Shown here piece after piece: positions 17,855-27,085 of a stretch of 64,000 nucleotides of DNA. Every line of letters begins with the position of its first letter. Position 1 is the first letter of the stretch. A program made the position numbers and the translations under genes. The notes under the pieces are model-generated. The model did not search any database. It saw only the letters and a list, made by a program, of their open reading frames with translations, and was not told the DNA's origin. The stretch covers positions 4,160,001 to 4,224,000 of the forward strand of contig OZ242311.1 in assembly GCA_965207885.1 (NCBI GenBank), in the 5' to 3' direction. Source of the DNA: Candidatus Latescibacterota bacterium. Lineage in GTDB: Bacteria; Latescibacterota; UBA2968.

Positions 17855-18881
17855 TGACAGGCAAAATTTAAAAAAGGCGATCCATTACGCAATGGACTTG
17901 GATCGCCTTTTTGTAAATGTCAATCACTCAGGCGCGCCACAATTCACCGTAGATATTAACTTCAAAATCGGACATTCTATTGATAAATTTCCGACCTGCA
18001 AAAATCATAAGTCTCTATAATACGACTTATAGAATTGTCATTTTTTTTGAAACTTTATACGGGACAAAGCGTGAGAAACGGAACAGAGGCAGATGGCAAA
18101 GTTGACAGACAAGCCCTATCGCGCCTTTCCTACCATATCAGCAGCGTTGTCGTTTTTTTCGTATCCTTTCGGGAGGGAATTGCCACGATCAATAGTGTGA
18201 ACGGTTTTCTTTAAGCTGTTGACAAACAAATATTTATGCAACTTGGAATTCGGAGTCTGTAAGTTGTCCAGACAAATCCTTACAAATCCAATTTGCAAAA
18301 TTATTCACACGGTTGGTCATGGCACTTTCTCTCAAATTCTTTCCCTTCGCGCTCGGCTTCACCAGTCTGCTGAGCCGGATATCCTCGTTTTACCCGCGGT
18401 CGCTTTCCCCCCAGACCAGCAGCTTTTCCCCTTCTCTGGATCTGGATAGTTCTGAAAGCGATCGAGCAGTATCCTCTCTCGATGTACCTCCCGATCACGC
18501 TGTTTTCCTTCATATTTCTCGCATAGATATTCCAGGCATGTACCACATGGACTTGTCTCGTAATGACGCTACACGGGACAGGTCTATGCGGTATATCAGC
18601 GGTATTTCTGCGTGTATTGAATCCGATGTAACTCAGTGCATCGTGGCAAGAAGCGCATATCGATTTTGCTGTCGTCATTGCGAAGTAATCCACAGGTGAA
18701 CCTGCCTGGACTCCTGACTCCGCAGAGCCTGCCCTTGCATGCTTTAAGCAAGGGAATGACGGCAATCGATATGAAATACGCCCTGATGTAACTCAGAGTG
18801 TTTGCAAAGGATCTGATGCAGGCGATGTATTGCCCAATGCCCGGTCTCTTTCACAGCGAAATTCAACAATGCGGGGAATAT

Positions 18882-19610
18882 ATGGACAAGCAGAAAATTC
18901 TGATTGTAGATCATGAGCCACATGTAATCTCAGCACTTGAAAGGTTCCTGAGAGACAAATCGTATGAAATATTCACTGCTGAAAATGGGCACAAAAGCCT
19001 TGAAATTTTGCACAAGGAGAAAATTGACCTCGCTGTAGTTGAGGCACAGGTAGAGGATATGGATGGGATAACACTGCTGACGCATGTGCAGGCAGAGAAA
19101 ATTCAGACAGCTATACTGATCATGACGAGTTTGGGATCCGCAGAATTGGGCGAGCAACTGATCAAGGCCGGTGCTGTGAGTGTACTTGATAAACCCATAG
19201 CAAGGGATAGATTTTTGACCAAAGTAAAAAGATATATGCCATCACAGTATATGTGGAAAGACCGATTGGAATCATTTCTGGAAGACAATTACACCAATCC
19301 AGACCTGAAATTTGAAGACATCATGCACTATTTCAGGTTCTCTAAGACCTATGGATATGCATTGTTCAAAAAATATTTTGGCGAATCATTCAGGATGTGC
19401 CTGCGGAATGTGCGCCTGACAAAGGCTGAAGAAGCGTTAAAGAACACATCGGACTCCATTTCAGAAATAGCCTATCAGTGTGGCTTTGCGTACTTATCGA
19501 CATTTAGCAGAGTTTTCAAAGCGACGTATGGAAATAACCCAACCACATATCGGAAATTCCATTTCAGAAACTACTTATCTATGTGGTTTTACGTCCTTAT
19601 CGACTTTTAA
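18882..19610 (+). CDS. Receiver + AraC HTH regulator with an atypical receiver
   Basis: 'KILIVDHEPH...IDLAVVEAQV..MDG...KP' receiver; 'RLTKAEEALKNTSDSISEIAYQCGF..LSTFSRVFK..YG..PTTYR' AraC. Confidence 0.85.
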   Translation: MDKQKILIVDHEPHVISALERFLRDKSYEIFTAENGHKSLEILHKEKIDLAVVEAQVEDMDGITLLTHVQAEKIQTAILIMTSLGSAELGEQLIKAGAVSVLDKPIARDRFLTKVKRYMPSQYMWKDRLESFLEDNYTNPDLKFEDIMHYFRFSKTYGYALFKKYFGESFRMCLRNVRLTKAEEALKNTSDSISEIAYQCGFAYLSTFSRVFKATYGNNPTTYRKFHFRNYLSMWFYVLIDF

Positions 19611-19760
19611 CAAGGTTTCAATGGAAATAATCCGATCTCATAAGAAAAAAATGGAAACTGGAACAAATTTTGAACATTAGGACAAATTTTACAACTTGAT
19701 TCTCTCTAATTTGGAGCAATATATTTTTATAATGCAAAATCTGCTCAAACGGCTGCTGCC

Positions 19761-20174
19761 GTGAGTGTATTTGATAAACCAATAGAGAGAGACCAATTCT
19801 TGGCCAGAGTTAAGAGATATATGCTTCCACAGGATATGTGGAAGAACCAATTGGAATCATTTCTGGAAGACAATTACACCAATCCAGACCTGAAATTTGA
19901 AGACATCATGCACTATTTCAGGTTCTCTAAGACCTATGGATATGCATTGTTCAAAAAATATTTTGGCGAATCATTCAGGATGTGCCTGCGGAATGTGCGC
20001 CTGACAAAGGCTGAAGAAGCGTTAAAGAACACATCGGACTCCATTTCAGAAATAGCCTATCAGTGTGGCTTTGCGTACTTATCGACATTTAGCAGAGTTT
20101 TCAAAGCGACATATGGGGAAAATCCAACGACATATCGCAGAAAATGGAAACTGGAACAAATTTCGAAACAGTAG
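19761..20174 (+). pseudogene. 5'-truncated tandem duplicate of the AraC regulator (AraC domain only)
   Basis: ~260 bp at 19851-20110 reads identical to 19266-19525; receiver domain missing. Confidence 0.75.
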
Positions 20175-20276
20175 GACAAATTTGCAATTGAGATAGCACT
20201 TATCGCCCTCTAATAAGGGCCATATATTGCCCTAATGAGGGGTAAGCAAATCAGGTGAGATGCTTGATTACAACTT

Positions 20277-20675
20277 TCACGTACCAAACAAACGGTCAAT
20301 TTCATCCTGAGCTTTTCGCAATACCTTGTGACACCAAAGGGTCAGATGTAGCTTGCGGCCTGGAGGGGGCGGCTGGTCTGCTTCCCGAACGGTTACCCGC
20401 AATGCTTCTCTAAATTCTTCTGGCAATTGCTCCAATTCTGACGATAGGAGAGCGGTACTGCTGGCCTTCTGTTTTTTGACGTAAATGGCTCCTTCACCGG
20501 TCAATACCCAGTTGATATTGATTCCTCTATATGCCAGAGAGGTCAAAAAGTTAGCAGAAGGGGGTCGCCCTTTTTCATATCGATGGATATTTTGCGGGGT
20601 TGTCTGGTGTTCTCTTGCAAATTGGGTAAGGGTTTTTTGCCCGCGTAATAATGCGATGCGTTTAGCTACAGACAT
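20277..20675 (-). CDS. XRE/phage CI-like HTH regulator
   Basis: 'IALLRGQKTLTQFARE...IHRYEKGRPPSANFL...ININWVLTGEG'. Confidence 0.85.
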   Translation of the reverse strand: MSVAKRIALLRGQKTLTQFAREHQTTPQNIHRYEKGRPPSANFLTSLAYRGININWVLTGEGAIYVKKQKASSTALLSSELEQLPEEFREALRVTVREADQPPPPGRKLHLTLWCHKVLRKAQDEIDRLFGT

Positions 20676-20799
20676 ATTTAACCGATAGGTAAAAAATACT
20701 TGACTTTAACCAAAACGGAGTTACCATAAAGTACAAATCAGGTATAGATCTTGCGCTTTATACCACTCCTCGTCCTGATGGGGATCTGAACTTATATAA

Positions 20800-20816
20800 T
20801 GCAAAAAGCGTGCCAA
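20800..20816 (-). promoter_or_regulatory. Sigma-54 (-24/-12) promoter facing the XRE gene
   Basis: Minus strand TTGGCACGCTTTTTGCA matches TGGCACG-N4-TTGCW. Confidence 0.7.
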
Positions 20817-21123
20817 TGTGTGAATTGATCCAGACAATGATACTCGTAAGGATAAACGCAGGCGTCTATTGAGTGCGCCTGTGTGACGGCGGAGGGCCTG
20901 TATTGGGTTGGCAAACCTGTGGCCCTCCCGCCGCAGAATACATACAGAGACAGTTACGGTTTGGTAGTCGTAACTTGCTCTATTTGAAAATGTAAAGTTT
21001 TACAACCACTAAATCAAGTTGCATTTCTATCCAGAAGAGAGGGTAGAAGATGCCACACAAATCCTGTTGATTTTTCTCGCAGTCAGTCAAGCAGGGCTTG
21101 ATTTTTCACATAAAGGAGGAGGT

Positions 21124-23307
21124 ATGAGACGTTACTATTTGCAATCCGGGTTATGGATGGGTGTGATAGCAGTGCTGATTTTAGGAGGCCTGTACGTTGC
21201 GGCCGACCTCAATGCGACCGATAGGCCCTCAAATGCCTTAAATAGCGAAGACGGATTCTGGAGTGGTCCTGGCTTTGCGTCAGGTAAGATGTCAGGTCGA
21301 AGCACAAAAATTGCACTTGGTCCCAATGCCAATGCCACAGTGTCGATAGATCTGATTGCGGATGGTGGGGCAGGTAATCAGATGGACGACGGCGTTACAT
21401 CGGGAACCGTGTCTGGACAGGGCACAAAAATTGCCGTTGAGGTTTTCGCCAGGGGCGTGACCACATCGCTGATTGGTGTGCAGATTACATTTGATTTTAA
21501 AGCTGAAGAGTTAAAGCTCGATAAGGTCGAGAATAGTGCGTTTCTGTTTGCTATTCCAGAACCGACGGGCGTAAGTTTTGCAGCGACCGCGCCTGTTACA
21601 CTGCCGGCGTCCGGTTTTATTGGACGCGCTGAGTTTTCTACTGTCGCGGATGTTACAGGTCAGGAGTTTACGCTTGGCATTAAGGCGGTTACGCTTGCTG
21701 AAAGCGCGGCGTCAAGCGATGTTGTCACAACAACAGATGTAATCTCGTTTAATGCTACCTCTTCCCCCGACTTTGACGGCGATGGGACGGTTGGCTTTTC
21801 CGACTTTTTGCAATTTGCAGGCCAGTACGGGGCACGTCAAGGTGATGGGCAGTACGAAGCAAGGTATGATCTGGATAGCGATGGCGCGATCTCATTTAGC
21901 GATTTTCTGGCTTTTGCGAGTAGTTATGGCACACAGGTTTCACCCTCTGGTAGCGGCGGTGGTGGCGGTGGTGGCAGTACGGGGATAGTTGACATTCCAG
22001 ATGCAAACCTTCGTGCGGTGATCGCAGACAGTCTGGGCAAGTCGAGTGGTGCATCGATTACCCGGGCAGAGATGGCGACCTTGACAAGCATTCGTGCGCC
22101 CAATAAGGGCATTCGCAATCTGACAGGGCTTGAGCATGCAACCAATTTGCAAGAGCTGCGGCTTGGTTATGTGCAGGTGAATAATAGGCCGGTCAACAGC
22201 AACGATATCTCTAATCTCTCGCCTCTTTCCAACTTGACAAACCTGGAAAGGCTGTCTCTTGACTTTAACAGCATCTCTGATATATCCGCGCTGTCCAACT
22301 TGACAAACCTGGAAAGGCTGTATCTTTGGAACAACAGTATCTCCGATATATCCGCGCTGTCCAACTTGACCAATCTGACATACCTCGATCTTGACAACAA
22401 CAGCATCTCTGATATATCCGCGCTGTCCAACTTGACAAACCTGGAAAGGCTGTCTCTTAGCAACAACAGTATCTCTGATATATCCGCGCTGTCCAACTTG
22501 ACAAACCTGGAAGTGATGTCTCTTAGCAACAACAGTATCTCTGATATATCCGCGCTGTCCAACTTGACAAACCTGGAAGTGATGTCTCTTCGCAACAACA
22601 GTATCTCTGATATATCCGCGCTGTCCAACTTGACAAACCTGGAAATTCTGTATCTTTGGAACAACAGTATCTCTGATATATCCGCGCTGTCCAACTTGAC
22701 AAACCTGGAAATTCTGTATCTTTGGAACAACAGTATCTCTGATATATCCGCGCTGTCCAACTTGACAAACCTGGAAGTGATGTCTCTTCGCAACAACAGT
22801 ATCTCTGATATATCCGCGCTGTCCAACTTGACAAACCTGGAAGTGATGTCTCTTAGCTCCAACAGTATCTCGTCTATATCCGCGCTGTCCAACTTGACAA
22901 ACCTGGAAATTCTGTATCTTACCTCCAACAGTATCTCTGATATTTCGCCATTAGTGGCAAATACGGGATTGGGCAGTGGTGACGAAGTTTATTTGAAAAG
23001 CAATCCGTTGAGCAGTACATCCATCAATACGCACATTCCAACCCTTCAGCGCAGAGGCGTTACAGTAGAATTTGACAGTAGCGGTGGAAGTAGCCAAACA
23101 TGCACTGTAGGATTGACACTGAATCCAGGAGACGGATGCAGTGGTTCTACTTACAGTCTTCAAAACGATTCCGGTGTTTTGGTCTTGGATGGTAATATTG
23201 GTGGCCTCAGGATGGGCAATACGCGCATTTCTGGGAACAATGTCAACTTGAACGGACTAATTTTGACCAGAAGTGGCAATGTCTGGACCATTGTTAGCCT
23301 ACCCTAA
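21124..23307 (+). CDS. Exported multidomain protein: cohesin-like domain, paired EF-hand (dockerin-like) module, internalin-type LRR array
   Basis: AAAGGAGGAGG RBS; N-terminal hydrophobic segment; 'DFDGDGTVGFSDFL...YDLDSDGAISFSDFL'; Gly linker; 'IPDANLRAVI' LRR cap; 22-aa LRRs. Confidence 0.85.
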   Translation: MRRYYLQSGLWMGVIAVLILGGLYVAADLNATDRPSNALNSEDGFWSGPGFASGKMSGRSTKIALGPNANATVSIDLIADGGAGNQMDDGVTSGTVSGQGTKIAVEVFARGVTTSLIGVQITFDFKAEELKLDKVENSAFLFAIPEPTGVSFAATAPVTLPASGFIGRAEFSTVADVTGQEFTLGIKAVTLAESAASSDVVTTTDVISFNATSSPDFDGDGTVGFSDFLQFAGQYGARQGDGQYEARYDLDSDGAISFSDFLAFASSYGTQVSPSGSGGGGGGGSTGIVDIPDANLRAVIADSLGKSSGASITRAEMATLTSIRAPNKGIRNLTGLEHATNLQELRLGYVQVNNRPVNSNDISNLSPLSNLTNLERLSLDFNSISDISALSNLTNLERLYLWNNSISDISALSNLTNLTYLDLDNNSISDISALSNLTNLERLSLSNNSISDISALSNLTNLEVMSLSNNSISDISALSNLTNLEVMSLRNNSISDISALSNLTNLEILYLWNNSISDISALSNLTNLEILYLWNNSISDISALSNLTNLEVMSLRNNSISDISALSNLTNLEVMSLSSNSISSISALSNLTNLEILYLTSNSISDISPLVANTGLGSGDEVYLKSNPLSSTSINTHIPTLQRRGVTVEFDSSGGSSQTCTVGLTLNPGDGCSGSTYSLQNDSGVLVLDGNIGGLRMGNTRISGNNVNLNGLILTRSGNVWTIVSLP
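22201..22926 (+). repeat. Eleven tandem 66-bp coding repeats (LRR units)
   Basis: Framework aacagtatctctgatatatccgcgctgtccaacttgacaaacctg recurs with exact 66-bp periodicity. Confidence 0.95.
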
Positions 23308-23407
23308 GTAGTAGATCAATACACTGTGTGATATCCGTTTTTAAGGCAGGTAAATCGCAAATTTTCAGAACTGTTCCATAGAATATTTTTCAACAGGAGG
23401 AAGTGTT

Positions 23408-24214
23408 ATGAAGCGTTTAATTCTTACGACATGTTTGGGACTGGGGTTGGTTGGCTCGGTCATTGCTGGCCCTTTGACGCAGGGGATAGAATTTACAGGT
23501 GGTGAAAATAGCCTATCAAGTCTGGTGCTGCAGCGCACGCAAAATATTGTTGCAGAAGATGGTGTTTTGCAGTTGCAGGTCGCGATTAATCACGCGCAGA
23601 AATTGAAGGGCTATGGCTTTGTGCTTCAATACGATCAATCAAAGTACGAGTTTGTCGAAGCACGTCAGGTCGATCACAATCTGCTCGATGCGAACAGCGG
23701 GCAACCCGCGCTTTTTCTCGCGTCTAATAAGACGCCCGGGCAAGTGGCTGTTGGCGCAATGAAGGTCGATGGTCAGGCTGTCAGTGGCGATGGTGCTCTG
23801 GTTGAGTTTGTGTTTAGAACCACACACACACCCCTTGCCTCTGATTTTCAGATTCTCGACGGCGTGATGGTCGATTTGGCCGGTGGTATTGATGCGATTA
23901 CCAATATTGAAATTGGTGCCCTTGAGCCGCTGCCCACAGATTATGCCCTTGAACAAAATGTCCCCAATCCTTTTAACCCGTCCACGACGATTGCATATCG
24001 GTTGCCCGAAGCCGGTGACGTCCAAATAGTGATCTACAACCTGCTGGGGCAGGAAGTCCGCACTCTGATTCAAGAGACCATGGATGCGGGTTTTCACTCG
24101 GTCGTTTGGGATGGCACAGATGAGTTTGGCAAGCAAGTGGCCAGTGGGATTTACATTTATCGCCTGAGTGTGGGCGATTTTACCCAGGTTCAGCGTATGA
24201 TGTTGTTGAAGTAA
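23408..24214 (+). CDS. Exported cohesin-like domain + FlgD-Ig C-terminal domain protein
   Basis: Signal peptide; 'LKGYGFVLQYDQSKYEFV...GDGALVEFVF' cohesin-like; 'LEQNVPNPFNPSTTIAY...IYNLLGQEVRTL...WDGTDEFGKQVASGIYIYRL'. Confidence 0.82.
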   Translation: MKRLILTTCLGLGLVGSVIAGPLTQGIEFTGGENSLSSLVLQRTQNIVAEDGVLQLQVAINHAQKLKGYGFVLQYDQSKYEFVEARQVDHNLLDANSGQPALFLASNKTPGQVAVGAMKVDGQAVSGDGALVEFVFRTTHTPLASDFQILDGVMVDLAGGIDAITNIEIGALEPLPTDYALEQNVPNPFNPSTTIAYRLPEAGDVQIVIYNLLGQEVRTLIQETMDAGFHSVVWDGTDEFGKQVASGIYIYRLSVGDFTQVQRMMLLK

Positions 24215-24236
24215 TGGCAAATGAGGAGATGATAAC

Positions 24237-25649
24237 ATGTCCTATCAAAAGTGTTTGAAATATATAACCTTCCTCACGCTGGTGCTGCTGGTATTTGTCT
24301 GTGAACAAACGATGGGTTCCAGTATGGATAAGGATGCTACGACAACACTTGCGGTTACATCCCATACCGATGGAGAGGACACCGCGTCTCTTCCCGACTT
24401 CGACGACGATGGGACAGTCGGTGTCTCCGATTTTCTGATCTTTACGCGCGTGTTTGGGTCAAGTCAAGGTGATGGGAAATACGAAGCCCGATATGATCTG
24501 GATGCGGATGGCAAAATTGGACTTTCCGACTTTTTTATCTTTATTCAGCACTTCGGGAAACAGGTACCTTCTGATGGCGGTGATGGTGGTGGGAGTAGCA
24601 CTAACCCTCGCACGGTGCGGATGATCTACTTCTTGCCCAATGACCGGCCGTATCGCGCCGAGGTGGTGCGTTGGATGAAAGAAGATATTCGCAATGTTCA
24701 AACCTTCTTTGCCGAGCAGATGCAGGCGCACGGTTACGGCAACATGTCCTTCCGCTTTGAAACCGATACACAGGGTGAGCCGTTGGTGCATCGCGTCGAC
24801 GCACAATACCCTGAGAGTCACTATTACTCAACGGTAGACAACCAGAGAGTCTGGCAGTATCGACACTTTGACGAATTGGAACAGGTGTTTGATTTTTATC
24901 GGAATACTTATGTCATCTATAGTGATACTGACCTTTCTTGGGGGGGTAGTATAACTGGGGGCTACACTTGGAAAGAGACCGGCTGGGTAGATTATCGTAA
25001 ATTGCGTTATACGGGCTGGCCGGACTGGAAAACTTTGGCCCATGAATTAGGACACGCCTTCGGCCTCGCACACGACTTCCGCGATGGTGCCTACCTCATG
25101 TCCTACGGTGGGCCGAGCCAATTCCCGGATGCAGAGAAGCCTGACAGAATCTCCGCGTGCGCTGCGAAGCTTCTGTCCGTACATCCCTCCTTCAATTCCG
25201 ATATCCCAATTGGAGAGTTGTCCCCAGCTACCATCGAACAACAGCGCAGCTCGTCTATTCTTGAAAAAAACCATCCACCGGTCGATCTTCAAGACTTTTC
25301 CCCACCCACCATCGAAATCCTTTCCCCAACTGAATACCCGGCCGGCTCAAGAAACGTTTTCATCAAGTTCCAAATCAGCGATTCAGACGGACTTCATCAA
25401 GTTTTATTGTATACTACCCCAGGCATTGGGGTCCCTTGGGCAACCGGGGGCTTGAGGGAATGTCGTGTATTAGAGAGTGAGATAAATATTGTCGTTGAGT
25501 TTGATTACGACGGGTCGTTGCCTCTTGCGGATCCTTCTTTTTTGGGCACAAAATCGAGCCTGATCAACCCTCTTCATTTGATTTTGGTCAGGGTAGTTGA
25601 TAGGGATGGGAACTCGCGTTTTATGCAGTTTAGCCTTACGAAAGCCTGA
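24237..25649 (+). CDS. Exported dockerin-like + zinc metallopeptidase (metzincin-type) protein
   Basis: 'PDFDDDGTVGVSDFL...YDLDADGKIGLSDFF'; 'HELGHAFGLAHDF...YLMSY' (HExxHxxGxxH + Met-turn). Confidence 0.82.
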   Translation: MSYQKCLKYITFLTLVLLVFVCEQTMGSSMDKDATTTLAVTSHTDGEDTASLPDFDDDGTVGVSDFLIFTRVFGSSQGDGKYEARYDLDADGKIGLSDFFIFIQHFGKQVPSDGGDGGGSSTNPRTVRMIYFLPNDRPYRAEVVRWMKEDIRNVQTFFAEQMQAHGYGNMSFRFETDTQGEPLVHRVDAQYPESHYYSTVDNQRVWQYRHFDELEQVFDFYRNTYVIYSDTDLSWGGSITGGYTWKETGWVDYRKLRYTGWPDWKTLAHELGHAFGLAHDFRDGAYLMSYGGPSQFPDAEKPDRISACAAKLLSVHPSFNSDIPIGELSPATIEQQRSSSILEKNHPPVDLQDFSPPTIEILSPTEYPAGSRNVFIKFQISDSDGLHQVLLYTTPGIGVPWATGGLRECRVLESEINIVVEFDYDGSLPLADPSFLGTKSSLINPLHLILVRVVDRDGNSRFMQFSLTKA

Positions 25650-26214
25650 TCCGCAAAAGCCAGGTCGATTCAGGTTATTGACCCGTAGAAACGCACCCTG
25701 ATCAACTGAGTCAGAAAAATTTTCGTGCAGCCGTTATTCTGCTAATTAGTGAGGATTACCCTACGGACACAAGAATGCTGGACCTGCTATCCGAAGACGT
25801 ATCTTTTATGAGCCATGCGGGTTACGATCAAAACGACGAGTTTTACAATTTTTACGAGGCAACCGGTGGCCGGGCTACAATCACCATGGACGGCCTGTCG
25901 AATTTCAGACGCCAAGGTGCCGGAAAGAGACTGGTGCCGAGTTCGTATGGAACGCCACCACCCATCGTAGAATGCGAGATTGACCACCCTGGGCTATTGC
26001 AGCCTCATATTCATTAGCATGTCGCCAGCCATATCGTTTTTAGCCCGACTAATTCACGAATTTGCCAAAAATTTCCATAATTTTATTTTTTACAACCAGT
26101 TATACAATTTAGTCCAAAAATCTTTGTTTCGATGCAATAAATGGCAAGTCCAGTATTTACGCCAATTTCTCAGATTTTATGAATTATCCGGATTAGCAAT
26201 TAGGAGGATTTCCA

Positions 26215-26952
26215 ATGTTACCCAAATTGAGTTTATTAAGGTTCTCCGCATCCTTCATAAGCGTCATGGCCGGGACGGCTATTTTGATTTCCAGTCCCCT
26301 ATTTGGTCAGAGCATCGGAGATACACCGCCAGTCAATCCGGAACGCGGGACGGCTCAGAACGGCCAGAACAATGCCAAAGGCGAAGCCTTCGCATATCTC
26401 AGTCTTGCCGACCCCGTGGGCGAGTTCCAGAACCATGTGAACTGGGGCTATGGAGTCGGGTTCGGCGGCCTGCTGTTCCTGGGCCAATACAGACTCTGGG
26501 GGCTGCGCGCCGAGGCAACCTATGTCGCGTACGGTCGAGAGTCCAGTTCCTCCAGATCCTTAGGATCCCTCATCTCCACGGATGTCAAAACCACCTACTC
26601 CATATTTTCTGCAGGATTGGGGCCGCAATTCTGCCTGGGGAGTGGGCCGATCAGGCCGTACCTCTATGGGACTATCGGCTTCTCCGTCTTCAGCACCAGG
26701 ACGGAGGAAGACATGGACTTCCTTTTTATAGATATAGATGACGATGAAACATTCGATACCAACGACTTCCAGATAGCTTTCACCGGGGGCGGTGGACTCT
26801 CCGTGGAGGTGCGGTCAATACTCATAGATCTGTCCGTCTCCTACCAACACAACGGACTGACGAAGTACCTGACCGAGAGAGTTGACCACCCCATCCACAG
26901 CCAGGCGAATCTCATATACTACCGGGTAGGGATCAGCGTCCCCATCCCTTGA
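26215..26952 (+). CDS. Outer-membrane beta-barrel protein
   Basis: AGGAGG RBS, signal peptide, 'GLGPQF...IRPYLYG','GGGG', terminal 'YRVGISVP'. Confidence 0.75.
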   Translation: MLPKLSLLRFSASFISVMAGTAILISSPLFGQSIGDTPPVNPERGTAQNGQNNAKGEAFAYLSLADPVGEFQNHVNWGYGVGFGGLLFLGQYRLWGLRAEATYVAYGRESSSSRSLGSLISTDVKTTYSIFSAGLGPQFCLGSGPIRPYLYGTIGFSVFSTRTEEDMDFLFIDIDDDETFDTNDFQIAFTGGGGLSVEVRSILIDLSVSYQHNGLTKYLTERVDHPIHSQANLIYYRVGISVPIP

Positions 26953-27085
26953 ATGGACTTGACCCGTTTCGGTGCGTACCCTCTCAGTAGTTAGAAAGGG
27001 GACTGACGCGACCTTCAGCAAATCTTCGCGTTAGTCAAAGTGCACCAGGCACTTTAGCATCCAAAGCGGGGTAAGTCAAGGAGCT

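Noticed and set aside
20905-20980. c-di-GMP-I riboswitch (contains GGCAAACC)
   Set aside because: Lacks the GAAA-loop P2 and the GACGCAAAG junction; kept only as an unknown structured leader
22201-22926. Possible CRISPR array (constant repeat plus variable ~21-bp 'spacers', 66-bp period)
   Set aside because: Lies in frame within an LRR gene; the variable parts recur and encode the LxL strand; no cas genes in the window
22201-22926. Diversity-generating retroelement as the source of LRR variation
   Set aside because: No reverse transcriptase or template repeat in the window, and the variation is block-wise rather than adenine-specific
22167-22928. 253-aa repetitive minus-strand ORF
   Set aside because: Antisense shadow of the LRR repeats
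25980-26741. 253-aa alternative-frame ORF
   Set aside because: Overlaps the OM barrel gene, which has the RBS, signal peptide and barrel motifs
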